A stretch of DNA of 64,000 nt from Eledone cirrhosa. Lineage: Eukaryota. The notes under the pieces were generated by a model that searched no databases, was not told the DNA's origin, and saw only the letters and a program-made list of their open reading frames with translations. The translations under genes and the position numbers were made by a program. This document shows positions 12,627-26,418 of the stretch, in pieces (position 1 is the first letter of the stretch; the number at the start of each line of letters is the position of its first letter). Where the stretch lies: contig OZ024741.1 of NCBI GenBank assembly GCA_964016885.1, forward strand, positions 18,104,001 through 18,168,000, read 5' to 3'.

Positions 12627-13903
12627 TTGTGTGTGCGTATGTATGTGTATGTCCGTCGGGGCATGCGTATGTACTGGGCTAAATCTTCACTATTTACTTT
12701 TACTATTTTAATTACCTCTGTCATTTTCGTTTTCAATTTTATTTACATCATTCTTAAACTCCGCGGCTGGAAATCATTCTGTTATTTTAAATAGAATATT
12801 AGTCTAACGACTCCATTTATACCATAAACTTGGTCTTGTCTTTGCATGAAATTGTTCTTCACGCTCCACATAACGATGTATTATCCTCGCTTTTTTCCCG
12901 TTCATTGCCAGGCAACGTCTTCACGAACCAAAATATTGTCTTCCTGTTTTCGTTCGGTTGCAACGTTTCTCGAAATATTTACTTCTGTGTTCACAGATTA
13001 CTCTCAGTTCAATTTGAATGTGAAATTCCTGTTTCATCGATTTTCTCCTTAACCATGGAAGCTTGTAGTAGCCAAAAGTTTATTAACAGTGAAATAACGT
13101 TGTCTTTGATATGTTATTTTAAATAAGACAATGAATTGAAAAATACTAATTACTGTTAGTGGTGGTTAACATGTATTAGAAATAAAATGAAAATGATATC
13201 TGAAAAAACGTACTTGAGAACATGACTCCCTTCTTCGCAATTTAAGGGTTTTATTTCTTTTGATGGAAAACACTGACTGCTTTCGGTTTGGCATTTCGTA
13301 AAATGGTACTGCAGAATTGATTTCATAAAACGGTACTGTATGATAGTTTACACTTTGATTGCTCTGGTCAGCAAGAGGGGCCTCTATATATTAGATATTT
13401 ATTAGAAGGGGGGAAATAACTAACCCCAGTATTAGAACAGAGGGTTCGCAATGTAAGGGTTTTATTTATTTTGTTAGAAAACAGTTACCTTTTTCGTTTT
13501 GGCATTTCGTCAAATTCTACTGCAGAATCGATTTCATAAAACAGTACTGTATGATCGTTATAGAATTATTTTAATTTAATATAGAGCAATTGTATTTTAA
13601 AAATGAAAATGAAACGTACTGTAGTAGGCAACAGTTTATTAACAGCGAAATAACGTTGTCTTTGATATGTTGTTTTAGACAAAAGTATTAGAACAAGGGG
13701 AAATAACTCACCGAACGCGATAGTTTTGGGGCCCCAGGGACCAGATTTTTCAAATTAGAGATTTGAAACCTCGTCTATTGTCTTCCTTGGCACTTTTTAC
13801 ATAGGTGTGTAAATTTTCATGTCCGTCCGACCACGTCTACTACCATTTAACCGTGCACATTTGAATTTCAACCACCGGCCATTTCACAAATATATATATT
13901 AGA
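12104..13903 (-). mobile_element. Non-autonomous Helitron 2, head-to-tail with Helitron 1
   Basis: A^TC at 13904/13903; ~225-bp 5' end highly similar to 11880-12103; ccgagcaacgccgg hairpin + CTAG ending at 12104. Confidence 0.78.
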
Positions 13904-14104
13904 TTTACTGTATGAATATTTTCTACTTAATGTATTAGGACAATATGAGAGGCTTATATTGACGCTAGAAATAGCAACCAAAATTGTCTAAATCAACTCA
14001 ATAATGATGTATACAATGATGGAGCAGTCAATATTAATTTATAACTCTATAAAGTTAACTGTCTCTAATACGTAAACATCTCAATGAAAGGAGAAGATAT
14101 ATTA

Positions 14105-14200
14105 ATAATTGTTTCTACTTTAGGCACAAGGCCAGCAATTACCCAGTGCATTACTGGTACTTTATTTTATCGACCCCGTAAGGATGAAAGGCAAAGTTAA
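14105..14200 (-). mobile_element. tRNA-derived SINE, 3' fragment
   Basis: ctggtactttattttatcgaccccgtaaggatgaaaggcaaag core. Confidence 0.85.
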
Positions 14201-14354
14201 TAATGTATCCAGAGAAGTATTAAAATATATTAAACTTCAACCAAAATATCATTTTGGGTGGATATAAGCCAAATCGGCTAAAATAGCCGGCTTTAACTTA
14301 TATAATACAGAGATCATGGTTTATGGATCTCAAGATACAACACACACGCGCGCG

Positions 14355-14427
<73 letters not shown>

Positions 14428-14457
14428 GGTTGAGCACTCTACTGACTTATATTCATC

Positions 14458-16587
14458 ATGCAGAAACAACATCTGAATATTTTTACAAAGAACATACCCG
14501 TACCAAGCAGGAAAACATACCTAAAACTCCTGATACAGAAAACAGACGCGTTCATTAAAAGGTTGCGTTGGCGTGCCTTTTATTTCGATAATCCGCGAAA
14601 AGCAGACAACAAACAGGATAAATTTGGATTTAAAACCTATAATAACCCTCCGTGGAACCCAGCATTGCTACCCTTCGAAAATGATGTCTTGGAACTCATT
14701 CGGAGTATCAAATTTCGGAATAGGAGCAATTCCTTCCAGCAAGACCTGAAGAATAGAATTCGTTCTATTAAGGATTCTAACGCCGTGCATGTCCATTCCG
14801 ACAAAACTGGCAACCTATATCAAGTGGAGCGCAGTACTTACCATCAACTACTACATAATGCTGTAACTAAGGATTAGCATAAAACTAATCGGTGTGTCAT
14901 CAATGAAATCAACGATGCTGGGTTTAAAATCACATCTGATCTCAACATCCTGGATCGGACCGAACCTCTGGACCCTATCTCTCCCCACTTTAACCTGAAG
15001 GATCACAAATCCAATTTTCCGAACAACCCCTCTATTCGGCTTATTAACCCTACGAAGTCCGATTTAGGTAGACTTAGTAAAACGATTCTTGATAGAATTA
15101 TACCTGAAATTAGAAGTTTGGCCCCTCTCGCACTGTGGAACAATTCTTTCGCGGTGATTGATTGGTTCAACGGCATATGTAACAAGGAACATTGCCGTTT
15201 TACCCAATTCGACATCAACAATTACTACTCCTCCATGACTTTACCAATTCTCCTTAGAGCTATCAATTTCGCTAAAACACTCACAGTGATTAAGGATTTC
15301 GAAGTTGATGTCATCCTTAATGCCCGAAAGTCGGTGATTAATTTCGACGACTCTATTTGGATTAAAAAATCCAATAGTACTCCATTCGACGTGAGTATGG
15401 GCACCAGTGACTCTGCGGAGGTTACTGATCTTATTGGCCTTTTCCTTCTTTTCTCTATCAAGGACGAATTCCCCAACGCGGACGGTGGTTTGTACCGCGA
15501 CGATGGTCTTTTGACCATGACTAAGTGCGGACCTCGTGCTTGCGACAGGTTCAAAAAAGAACTCACAGCCTTCTTTAAAGGCTTCAACCTCTCTATACAG
15601 GTTGAGGCCAATCTCTCGGTCGTTAATTACCTCGACGTTACCCTCAATTTATTGAATGGGTTGTATTACCCGTATAGAAAGCCGAATGATACGCTTAATT
15701 ACATAAGTAAGCATTCCAACCATCCTGCCAGCATAACCAAGAACCTGGTAAAAAACGTTTCGTTGAGGCTTTCCCGTCTTTCCACCAACGAGCGCATTTT
15801 CAATGACCATTCCACTTATTACAATGAAGCTCTTGCTCGAAGTGGATTTGTCGATAAGGTAGCATATACAGAGTACGAAAATAGACCTAGAAGAAATAGA
15901 TCCCGTTGCATTTGATGGTTTAACCCACCATATAATATGGAGGTGGCCACACCATTAGCTAAGATCTTTCTTTCCCTTATTACGAAGCATTTTCCCCCTA
16001 CACATAAATATAGTAAAATTTTTAATAGAAATACTATTAAAATTTCTTACTCTACGACTCCTAACCTTGCACATAACATCACAGCTTCAAATTTAGCTAA
16101 ACTACCTAGCCGTAGGAACACGTGCAACCCTGTAGTTAGTACTAACTGTAATTGTAGGAATCGGGCTGATTGCCCCCTATCCGGGAAATGCCTCTCTAGT
16201 AACATTGTCTACAAATGTAAGGTTGTAACACCCACGTCCCGTAGGGCCTACATAGGGTTAACCGCCAATAGTTTCAAGCAGCGTCTTTACATGCATACCC
16301 ATTCTTTTCGTTACCCTCTAAGAAGGAATATGACATCACTTTCAGCTTATATCTGGAGTCTAAAAGACAACCACACCCAATATAAGTTACACTGGGAGAT
16401 CCTAGCTAGGGCTAGATCGTATAACGGAAATAAAAGACCATGTGACCTCTGCGCCGCTGAGGCCCTGGAAATACTCTACGCCACAGACCACATCTTAAAC
16501 AAAAAATCTGAGACAATTTCGGCTTGTAAACATAAATTGCACAAAACTTTCCTGTATTACAGCCCCACGTTATACCCTAACGGATAG
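14458..16587 (+). pseudogene. PLE reverse transcriptase-GIY-YIG endonuclease ORF (710 codons, 2 in-frame stops)
   Basis: ORFs 14458, 15118 and 15937 share one frame; TAG at 14875-77 and TGA at 15913-15. Motifs SDKTGN, FDINNYY, SMG, YRDDGL, NYLDVTL, IVYKC...YIGLT, CDLC. Confidence 0.92.
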
Positions 16588-17533
16588 TACGATCTATACG
16601 TGGATATTTTACGTCTTGATGTGGGAGCTAAGTATATGTTTTGTTTATTCCTTTACTTATTTGCATAGGTAAGTATATATTACCCGTATGTTTTGTGAAG
16701 GTATGTATACCTTCTCGTACGTATATTTGACTGTTATGGCGTATAATTTTTACATATTCTGGTATTTAGGTTTTGGCTATGTGTATACGGGAGTTTTGCG
16801 TCTGCGTGAGTATGCAGGTTCGTACGTATGGTGGGTGTGTGTATATGTGTACTTCTTGTTTTAGTTGACTTACGTCTCCGATCATTCGTGTATTTATTTG
16901 TAGGTATGTGTGTGCGCTTGTTATATACATATTTATTTACTTATATACGTTTATATAATTATTTATTTATTTGTACACAAGCATACACACACACACATAT
17001 TTATATGTGCGTGGTTTTGTATACCTATGGTAAGGTTTTGCGTATGCTTGTGTATGTACGTATCTGTTTGCGTTTCTGTTTGCGTGTATGTATTTATTTG
17101 TATTTGTTTCTATTACTTCTGTATTGTATTTATTTCCTTTGTTCTTAACTCTGTAGCGGAGATTCATTTGGTCTCCTAGTTAGAATTTTAGTCTACGACT
17201 TCTGCTATACCATTTACGTGGTTTTGTCTTTGCGTGCTATTGTTCTCCACGCTACACATATGACGTATTATCTTCGTTTTTTCGTTCATTGTCAGAGAAC
17301 GTCTCTATGCACTACCTAAGAGAACATTAGTCTACGACCTCTTTTATACCATAAACGTGGTTCTGTCTTTGCGCGTAATTGTTTTTCACCGCTCCTATTA
17401 ATGACGTATTATTCGTTTTTTCCCGTTCTTTGCTAGCGAACGTTTCCACGAACCAAAGTATCGTCTTCCTGTCTTCCTCCGGTTGCAATGTTTTTTGAAA
17501 TATCCAGTTCTGCGTTTACAGATTGACTTTGTT

Positions 17534-17584
17534 AGTTTCAGAAGATCCCGTTAAGGGTGAAAGCAGCGATTCTTTGCTTAAACT
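17534..17584 (+). ncRNA. HHR at the PLE 3' end, with variant core CAGAAGA
   Basis: agttt-CAGAAGA-t-ccc-gttaa-ggg-t-GAAA-gca...tgc-TT-aaact; distal pairing acagatt/aatctgt. Confidence 0.7.
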
Positions 17585-17607
17585 TTAATCTGTTATTTTA
17601 ATAAATA

Positions 17608-17763
<156 letters not shown>

Positions 17764-19037
17764 CACTTTGATAACTTTGATAGGTTTCGGCCAGTATTGG
17801 ACCAGGCCATGTCTAACTTCATAGCACCACCTGGCGAAGTCTTACAAATCAGGATATGGGCACCATGGCCCACTCGAGTAGAGAGTTATTGATACGGAGG
17901 CACATCCGGGTGTAGGAGGCTTATCCGGGATTTCTTGAAGGAATTTGTCCAAAGACTTCTTTAACTTGATGGCGTCTGTTTCTGCTTTGATGTGTTTTGG
18001 TGTAATGTTAAAGAGTGCAGGGCCAATTGAGGTGAAATAATTGTGCCGGATTGTTGTTATGTGATGCGAGTGAGATTTTTGTCGTAGGCGAATAGCACGG
18101 GGCCCAAGCCTTGGGTTTACATTAAAGGTGAAGTCAACATCATTTTGACAAAGCTGATGGAATATTTTCCACATCATACAGATAATGTAGCGTTCACGGC
18201 GACGTTGGAAAGTATAAAGGTTGAGCTTTTCTAATCGACTCCAATATTCAAGGCCTGTCATGCCATCTATCTTTTTTGTAATTGACCTTTGGGGTGCTTT
18301 ACTTTCATGATACTTTGTTTCGTGTGGGGTGACCACAGTGGACAACAGTATTCAAGGTGGGGTCGGGCAAAAGTGGAGAAGAGAAGGATAGCAGTGTGGA
18401 TATCTCTCGACTGGAAAGTTATGAGAATCCAGGGACACATTCTGCGGGCCATGTCAACTTTGCTGTTTATATGAGTGGCCCAGCTTATATTGTTGTCCAC
18501 AATTACTCCCAGGTCTCTGATGTTGTTGGATGCCACTAGAGTTTCAACCGAAGGAAGAGAGTATGGTTGTTTCAGGGCATCCTTATTTCCAAAGTGGATT
18601 AATTCAAACTTATCCTCCTTCAACAGCATATTATTCTTTTCTGCCCATTGGATAACAGCCAGTAGGTCTAACTGAAAGCAAGTCCGGTCACTCACCTCAT
18701 TGATGACCCTTTGGAGCTTGGAATCATTTGCGAAGATTCTGATGTTGCTGTGTTTGATGATGTCAGTAATGTCATTAATGTAGATGATGAAAAGAAGTGG
18801 GCCCAACACAGTGTCTTCTGGGACGCCACTGCTGACTTTGGCAGGGCTTGATTTTACTCCTTCGACTACAACATGTTGGGCTCTGTCTGTCAGGAAACAT
18901 TTGATCCACAGTAGTAACTTTCCAGAGACACCAATATTGGATAGTTTTTTCAGTAGAATCTTATGATCAACCCTGTCGAAGGCCTTGCTGAGATCAAGGT
19001 AGATGACATCAGTGTTGGAGCCCTCTCCCAAGGCTCA
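17764..19037 (-). pseudogene. CR1/L2-group LINE, 5'-truncated RT + 3' end
   Basis: [56 protein letters not shown]; frameshift near 18300; tail of (tcaaagtta) repeats. Confidence 0.9.
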
Positions 19038-19080
19038 CATAAACATCTCAAAACATATATATATATATACATATATATAT

Positions 19081-19153
<73 letters not shown>

Positions 19154-19164
19154 CATATATATAT

Positions 19165-19218
<54 letters not shown>

Positions 19219-19223
<5 letters not shown>

Positions 19224-19752
19224 CAAATAACGAAACGAAATTAAATTTCGTTTCGCTTGTAACTCACTTTTGTATGACTGACGCTTAAACAATTAAGTTA
19301 AAAATGTACATCTACATATGCATACTGAAATACTAGTGTGTATATGAATACACACACGTATACATATGTAGGTGTACCAAGTCTTTCACTGGTCGCTTTA
19401 CAGTGAGCGGCCCAGCTATTCTGTATGTAAACACACAGACAAACCGGTTTTTAGAGTCATACTGGTTTTCGGGGGAAACACCTTCCCTCTATTCTCCAGA
19501 AAGCCAGACAAGGAATATTGAACTAGTTTCGTTGTTGTTACAACTCATCAGCAATATTTACCTATCTACCGGCCTTTCTGGAGAATTGTAAAAGCACATA
19601 TCGTTATATGTGTGTTTACATACAGAATAGCTGGGCCGCTCACTGTAAAGCGACCAGTGAAAGACTTGGTACACCTACATATGTATACGTGTGTGTATTC
19701 ATATACACACTAGTATTTCAGTATGCATATGTAGATGTACATTTTTAACTTA

Positions 19753-19756
<4 letters not shown>
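19219..19756. mobile_element. Fold-back HHR element, family C, in (TA)n
   Basis: Inverted arms ~19289-19437 and ~19608-19756. Minus-strand HHR at 19514-19558: aatattg-CTGATGA-gttgt-aaca-acaac-GAAA-ctag-TT-caatatt. Confidence 0.85.
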
Positions 19757-19838
<82 letters not shown>

Positions 19839-20104
19839 CATATATGTATATACATATATATATACATACATATATATATACATATATATATACATATATA
19901 TAAATACACATATATATATATACATATATATATACATATTTATATATATACATATATATATATACACATACATATATACATATACTGTATATATATATAC
20001 ACACATATATATATATATACATATACATATATATATACATATACATATATATATACATACATATATATATATACATACATATATATATACATATATATAT
20101 ATAA

Positions 20105-20707
20105 TGGCGATAAATTAGTTTTGCGAGGTTTTTGATGTGAAATCGTGTGTCGAGACAAATATTGTTATACTTGGGGGAGGGTCATATTTATGTAATATTG
20201 CCATAATTAATAACAGAACACACTCACTGATTGGTTGGTTTTCGCTTCTGTGTCCTTTATATCGGTTAATTTAATTTATTCGGTCCTCAATGTTGCCATT
20301 GACTGGCCAACGGTCAAAAATACAGATACAACATAGACACAAACACATATATATAGTTTATCAAAGTTCTTTCGTTGCACATCTGCAACATCGTCAGTGG
20401 TGCTATTGTTTCCTCCCGTCGCATTGTATTTTCTACGCCATCTTTATTTAGTCTGTTTATATATTTATGTATTTGTTTATTTTATTTTGTCTTCTTTGCG
20501 CATGCGTTTGCGTGTGTGTATAATGTTTTGTTTGATGTGTGTTCGTGATTGGGTGACTGTGTATTGGCAACATTGAGGACCGAATAAATTAAATTACCGA
20601 TATAAAAGACACACAAGCGAAAAGCGAAAACCAACCAAACAGTGAGTGTGTTCTGTTATTAATTCTGGCAATAATACACAAATATGACCCTCCCCAAGTA
20701 TAACAAC
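20105..20707. mobile_element. Fold-back element with HHR-like motif in the spacer
   Basis: Imperfect arms 20163-20298 and 20565-20705. Minus strand CTGACGA-t-gttgca-gatg-tgcaac-GAAA-gaac-TT at ~20358-20403; weak stems I and III. Confidence 0.6.
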
Positions 20708-20738
<31 letters not shown>

Positions 20739-21181
20739 CATACACATATATATATATATACATATAATGGCTGCCCCCTCGTTATCGAGTATAGCCATTG
20801 CACGATATACCATTATTAATATACCATTATAGAAAACATATCGAAGAAATCAAAACACAGGGGAAATATAAGAAATATCAGGGTCATTTGGATAATACAA
20901 GGTTATACATATAGATATAGAGGATGGAAGAGATGGGATGGTATCAGGTGATACCTGGTGTATGTTCGAGTGTCAGAATTCAATGTAAAGGATAGAGAAT
21001 TCAGTCAATACAGTACACGTTATATTAGAATACGTAGAATTATTTAGAGGAATCAATGAGATCTGTCAGAGTCTGGATATGCCGATAGGGGAGTAGCGGT
21101 GGACTAGGTGGGCGGTAGACATAATTATAATATATATATATATATATAGTTAAAAGAATAGAGGTGTAACACACAAGTTAT

Positions 21182-22110
21182 TATATATTGGTAAACGGAA
21201 TAGAAAATGCTGACAAATTGTTCACAGTTGAAAAATGGTTTAATTAGGAATAAAAGAGTATTAGTGATTGTATGGGTTAGTATTCAGTTGTGGTTTTAAG
21301 TTTTTAAGTTTTTACCGGTTGCGCATTTCTAAATGCTTTTCAAAAATAATTTTGAGATAGAGTGTCCGTGCTGTTTGCTCTGATCTGATTAGTTTTGGGA
21401 ATTCTACCTGTTTTTATGTTAAAAAAGTGGCTCCAATTTGCAAAAATTCTTGTGGTCAAAACAATTTTGATTGGTCGGTAGAGGTGATGTGAATGTAAAA
21501 AATTGATTTTGCGCCAAGACTCTTTTTATGTTAAAAAAGTGGCTCCAGCAAAAATTCTTGTGGTCAAAACAATTTTGATTGGTCGGTAGAGGTCATGTGA
21601 ATAAAAAATTGGTTTTGCGCCAAGATTGAGAAATGACATATTTGTTGTGAAAGAGTCATTTCTCAATCTTGGCGCAAAACCAATTTTTTATTCACATGAC
21701 CTCTACCGACCAATCAAAATTGTTTTGACCACAAGAATTTTTGCTGGAGCCACTTTTTTAACATAAAAAGAGTCTTGGCGCAAAATCAACTTTTTACATT
21801 CACATCACCTCTACCGACCAATCAAAATTGTTTTGACCACAAGAATTTTTGCAAATTGGAGCCACTTTTTTAACATAAAAACAGGTAGAATTCCCAAAAC
21901 TAATCAGATCAGAGCAAACAGCACGGACACTCTATCTCAAAATTATTTTTGAAAAGCATTTAGAAATACGCAACCGGTAAAAACTTAAAAACTTAAAACC
22001 ACAACTGAATACTAACCCATACAATCACTAATACTCTTTTATTCCTAATTAAACCATTTTTCAACTGTGAACAATTTGTCAGCATTTTCTATTCCGTTTA
22101 CCAATATATA
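21182..22110. repeat. Near-perfect inverted repeat, ~456-bp arms, 17-nt loop
   Basis: Arms 21182-21637 and 21655-22110 with only a couple of mismatches; internal ~115-bp direct duplication in each arm; possible decayed HHR (ttgaaaa-gcatt..aatrc-gcaa-ccgg-ta). Confidence 0.9.
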
Positions 22111-22184
22111 TATATATATATATATATATTTATTTATATATATATATATGTATGTATGTATAAATAAATAAATAAATATATATA

Positions 22185-22385
22185 TATTTAACAGAGAAAG
22201 CTTTAAGCAATACTCAGACCGGCTTCCATCTCACTCAACAAACATTAGGATATACCTTAGTATAATCCCCATTATACGTTTGGGGTGCTAACTATATGTA
22301 TTTTGAGGATAGCCAGTTGTATTATTTTATATGAGACATAATTAAAATACATCTCTCTTTCCAAACGATCGTTTCATTATAAGTT
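22185..22385 (-). mobile_element. Family A 3' fragment, truncated inside stem II
   Basis: Highly similar to 9070-9265; retains acttataat-GAAA-cgatcg-TT-tgga. Confidence 0.8.
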
Positions 22386-22428
22386 ATATATATATTTATT
22401 TATTTATATATATATGTATGTATCGGTC

Positions 22429-22479
22429 GGCTTCCCGATGATTTCTCCCGAATGAAAGAGTTCTAGTCCTGTAGAAGCC
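22429..22479 (+). ncRNA. HHR-like motif (core CCGATGA), family D
   Basis: Stem I ggcttc/gaagcc, stem II ttc/gaa, GAAA...TA; second relic copy at ~61791-61836. Confidence 0.6.
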
Positions 22480-22553
22480 TTTTCTATATTAAATATTTAT
22501 ACTCTGCTTTGTATTGAGTACCTCACTTACTGAGGTTACCTCCGTTTGAACCC

Positions 22554-22606
<53 letters not shown>

Positions 22607-22773
22607 ATCGTTTTTTTGGCTATGCGAATGATTGTTTAACTATCGTCTCAGTGTGTTTGGCCTTTAACGTTTGTTATAGCTCTGGTTCATCTGAATCATT
22701 GAGCACTTGCCACACATCTCGGAGGTTGTTTTTCGTTATTTCGTGGGCCGAAATTTGATTCTCGATAATTTAT

Positions 22774-22811
<38 letters not shown>

Positions 22812-23065
22812 GCAGTTTTACATGTATGTATGTCTATGAGTATTTGCGGTTGTTTATATGAGCTTGATGTCAAAGAACCACCTAAGGCCAACCAGCAGAG
22901 CGCCCACCATCCCCACCACATAAAACAAGACATTTATTATACAAGAATTCCAAACGAAACAGCGGCATGTCTGCTGCCTATTGATATGGCGTTTCTTTTG
23001 ATTTCAAATTTATACCTGCATATCACACAATCACACTTAGATTGTCGGTCTCTCACTCCTTCCTC

Positions 23066-23100
<35 letters not shown>

Positions 23101-23108
23101 TCCCTCTC

Positions 23109-23147
<39 letters not shown>

Positions 23148-23257
23148 ATATAAATATATATTGTAGATAATTCAGTGGCACAATAAAAGTCTAAATACAT
23201 GTAAACGAAATATATATATATATATATTTATTGATATATTGATATATATTATATATA

Positions 23258-23387
<130 letters not shown>

Positions 23388-24095
23388 ATATATATATATA
23401 TATATCCCCTCATTTCTTTTTCTATAAATTTTCTTCCCGTTTTTTTTCTTACTTTTTCTTCAAACACATATAGGCACACACTCACTCACACACACACTCA
23501 CACATATATAAAGATCCAATGAAAAAGATTAAGAAGTGTAAGGTTTAGGTGAACGAAGTGCAATCATTATTGTTATATAGCTGAGGTCATATCCAGAATG
23601 TGAAGCCGACATTTTTCTTTTTTTAACAAACGCACGTCATGAATCGGTGTTAGATAAGAAACGACGCAGGAAACAGAAGGCCGCCATTTTGGTTATTGAT
23701 TTCTCTGTTTATTTATAGTTTGGCAAATTTTCCTTAATTTTTAAGTTGCTTCCGGTGTTAAACTCAATATCGTTTTAATCCTTTAGGCTTTACTCAAATA
23801 TAATTTTGTCTTCCTTCATCTTTTTCTTCCTCCTTTTTATTTATTATATTTTTTCTATATATTTTTTATTAATTATTTATATACCTCGTATAGTTCTGTA
23901 TGTATGCATTAGTTTTTATGTTGTTGTTGTTGTGTCTGTTCTGTGATATTTCCCTGTATCATTTGATGTTTATTAGCATTGTACATATGTTTTATTCATT
24001 GGGTATTTTAGAAAAAAGCAGCATTTACACGCATCCGCACACAGATACAAAAACAGACCCACATTCAGACACACCCAAACACAGACTCACACACT

Positions 24096-24512
<417 letters not shown>

Positions 24513-24536
24513 GGACTGAGAGAGAGAGAGAGAGGG

Positions 24537-24596
<60 letters not shown>

Positions 24597-24850
24597 GGCA
24601 AAGAAAACTCGATTGGGCGTTTGATATTGGAATTTTTTACAGAAAATAGATGTGTGTGCACATGTGAGTATATATATATGTGTATATACGTGTGAGTGTA
24701 TATATGTATGTATATACGTGTGAGTGTATATATGTGTGTATATACTATGGTCTATTACAGAATGTATCTATAGATTCTAGCCTACACTGTATATAACAAA
24801 CATATGTACAGACCTTGTCTTTATATACACCATCTTGTATAGTATAGTAA

Positions 24851-25329
24851 AAGAGTATGCAGAAAAGTTCATAAGCTGATTAGGAAGAAGTGATGCTAGA
24901 GCTGTGAAATCTTGCTTGCAATAATTTCAAATCTTCTTATTAATAACTGCATTGCTTCTTTCCAGGGACTATATGGAAAAATAAACCTCATTTGGTTATT
25001 TCATGAAAGTATGTTGGTCAGCCTATGAAGGAGTGATGCTAGAGCTGTGAAATCTTGTATTCATTAATTTCAACTCTTCCTATAACTGCATTGTTTCTTT
25101 CCATGGACTATGTTGAAGTATAAACCCCATTTGGTCATTCAATAAGAGTATCTTGGTCAGCCTATCAAGAAGTGATGCTAGAGCTGTGAAATCATGCAGG
25201 CATTAATTTCAACTCTTCTTATTAATTACTTCATTGTTTCTCTCCAGGGACTATGTTGAAAAATAAACCTCATTTGGTCATTTCATGAGAGTATCTTGGT
25301 CAGCGTATGAACTGTTCAGCCCCTTTTCG
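24851..25329. mobile_element. Mariner-like MITE with ~135-bp internal tandem units
   Basis: Degenerate TIRs (gaaaagttcataagctga / tcagcgtatgaactgttc) and TA flanks; three gtgatgctagagctgtgaaatc units; second copy at 59520-60135. Confidence 0.65.
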
Positions 25330-25494
25330 TATAATGAAACCCCAGTGATTTATTAACCCTTTTCATACGTAACCGCCCGGAACCGCCTCAGATTCTTTTA
25401 TTCTAAAATGTTTATATTCATCTAAAAGCTTTGTACCATAAATTTATGTCAGAACCTTTCCTGAGCCCTGATCTCAACACCAACTTAATAATGA

Positions 25495-25706
25495 TCTCTG
25501 ATTTAGGCACAAGGCCAGCAATTTTGAGGGAGGGGAACGTTGATTAAATCGACCCCAGTGCGTTACTGGTACTTTATTTTATTGACCCCGTAAGGCTGAA
25601 AGGAAAAGCTAACTTCAGCATGATTTGAACTCATAACGTAAAAGGAGATAACTCTATGCCCCAAAGCATGTTGTCCGAAGTGCTACCGATATAGCCAATT
25701 CACTGT
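25495..25706 (-). mobile_element. tRNA-derived SINE
   Basis: Reverse copy with B-box gagttcaaatc and the shared central core. Confidence 0.85.
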
Positions 25707-26044
25707 AGCTTGAAAAATTACATTTGAAAATCATAAGTAGTGTTTTTCATTAGAATATGGCAATGAGAGTTAATGGAACTAGCTGTTAAAATACATGTAG
25801 CTATCGTAGTCACTGGTAAATCTCAATAATGTATTAAAATTAATCCGATTAAGACCTCTTTTTGTGACCAGATATTTTATATAAAGGCAAGAAGTTTACA
25901 TCTAAGTTTACAGCTAAAATATTTCTAGATGCACTTTGTGGTACAGAATAGCAATGAAACAAAAGCAGGGTTGCCACATCAATAATTTATATTTCATAAA
26001 TAACTAAGATTGTATTAGCTCCAAATAAAAGTCTAAAGTTTATC

Positions 26045-26418
26045 TCGAGTCCGGATGTTCATCAGGCCGTAGCTTGTCCCGGTTTCCGTGGCGTAAAGCG
26101 ACTGAAATTGCATGATTCCCCCTGGATAAGACGCTAAGCAATCACAGTCATAAAGTCTCTCTCAAGCCTGGAGTCTCATCAGACCCGTGGTTACCCCGGG
26201 TTCTGAGGCGGGAAGTAACTGAGAGTAAAAGACACAAGTCAATCTCAGGGTTAAACCCCCAAATATTGCTGGTACTCATTTTCAGCTGGGTTTACTGGAG
26301 CAACGTGAAATGAAGTGTTTTGCTCAAGAAGACAATACTCAACCCAGCCCAGGAATCGAATCCAAGGTATTATGGGTGTAGGTCCAACACCTTTACCCCT
26401 ATGCCATGCACCTCCACA
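26045..26418 (-). mobile_element. Second tRNA-derived SINE family
   Basis: Reverse tRNA-like head (gattcgattcc B box) and cttgagcaa..cacttcatttcacgttgctccag core shared with 61147-61475. Confidence 0.7.

Noticed and set aside
15913-15915. In-frame TGA as selenocysteine (reported for some Naiad PLEs)
   Set aside because: It aligns with L in RNILWFAPP of the second PLE rather than a Cys, the ORF also has a TAG stop, and I could not identify a SECIS. A family consensus would settle it.
23620-23770. Promoter-like motifs (GCCGCCATTTT, CTTCCGG) and a minus-strand ATGGCGGCC
   Set aside because: The following frame closes after 16 codons with no convincing splice donor; short motifs alone are insufficient. 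The same applies to similar motifs near 27190 and 40725.
25353-25772. piggyBac-like MITE (TTAA-CCC start) around the SINE
   Set aside because: The right TIR is too degenerate to support.
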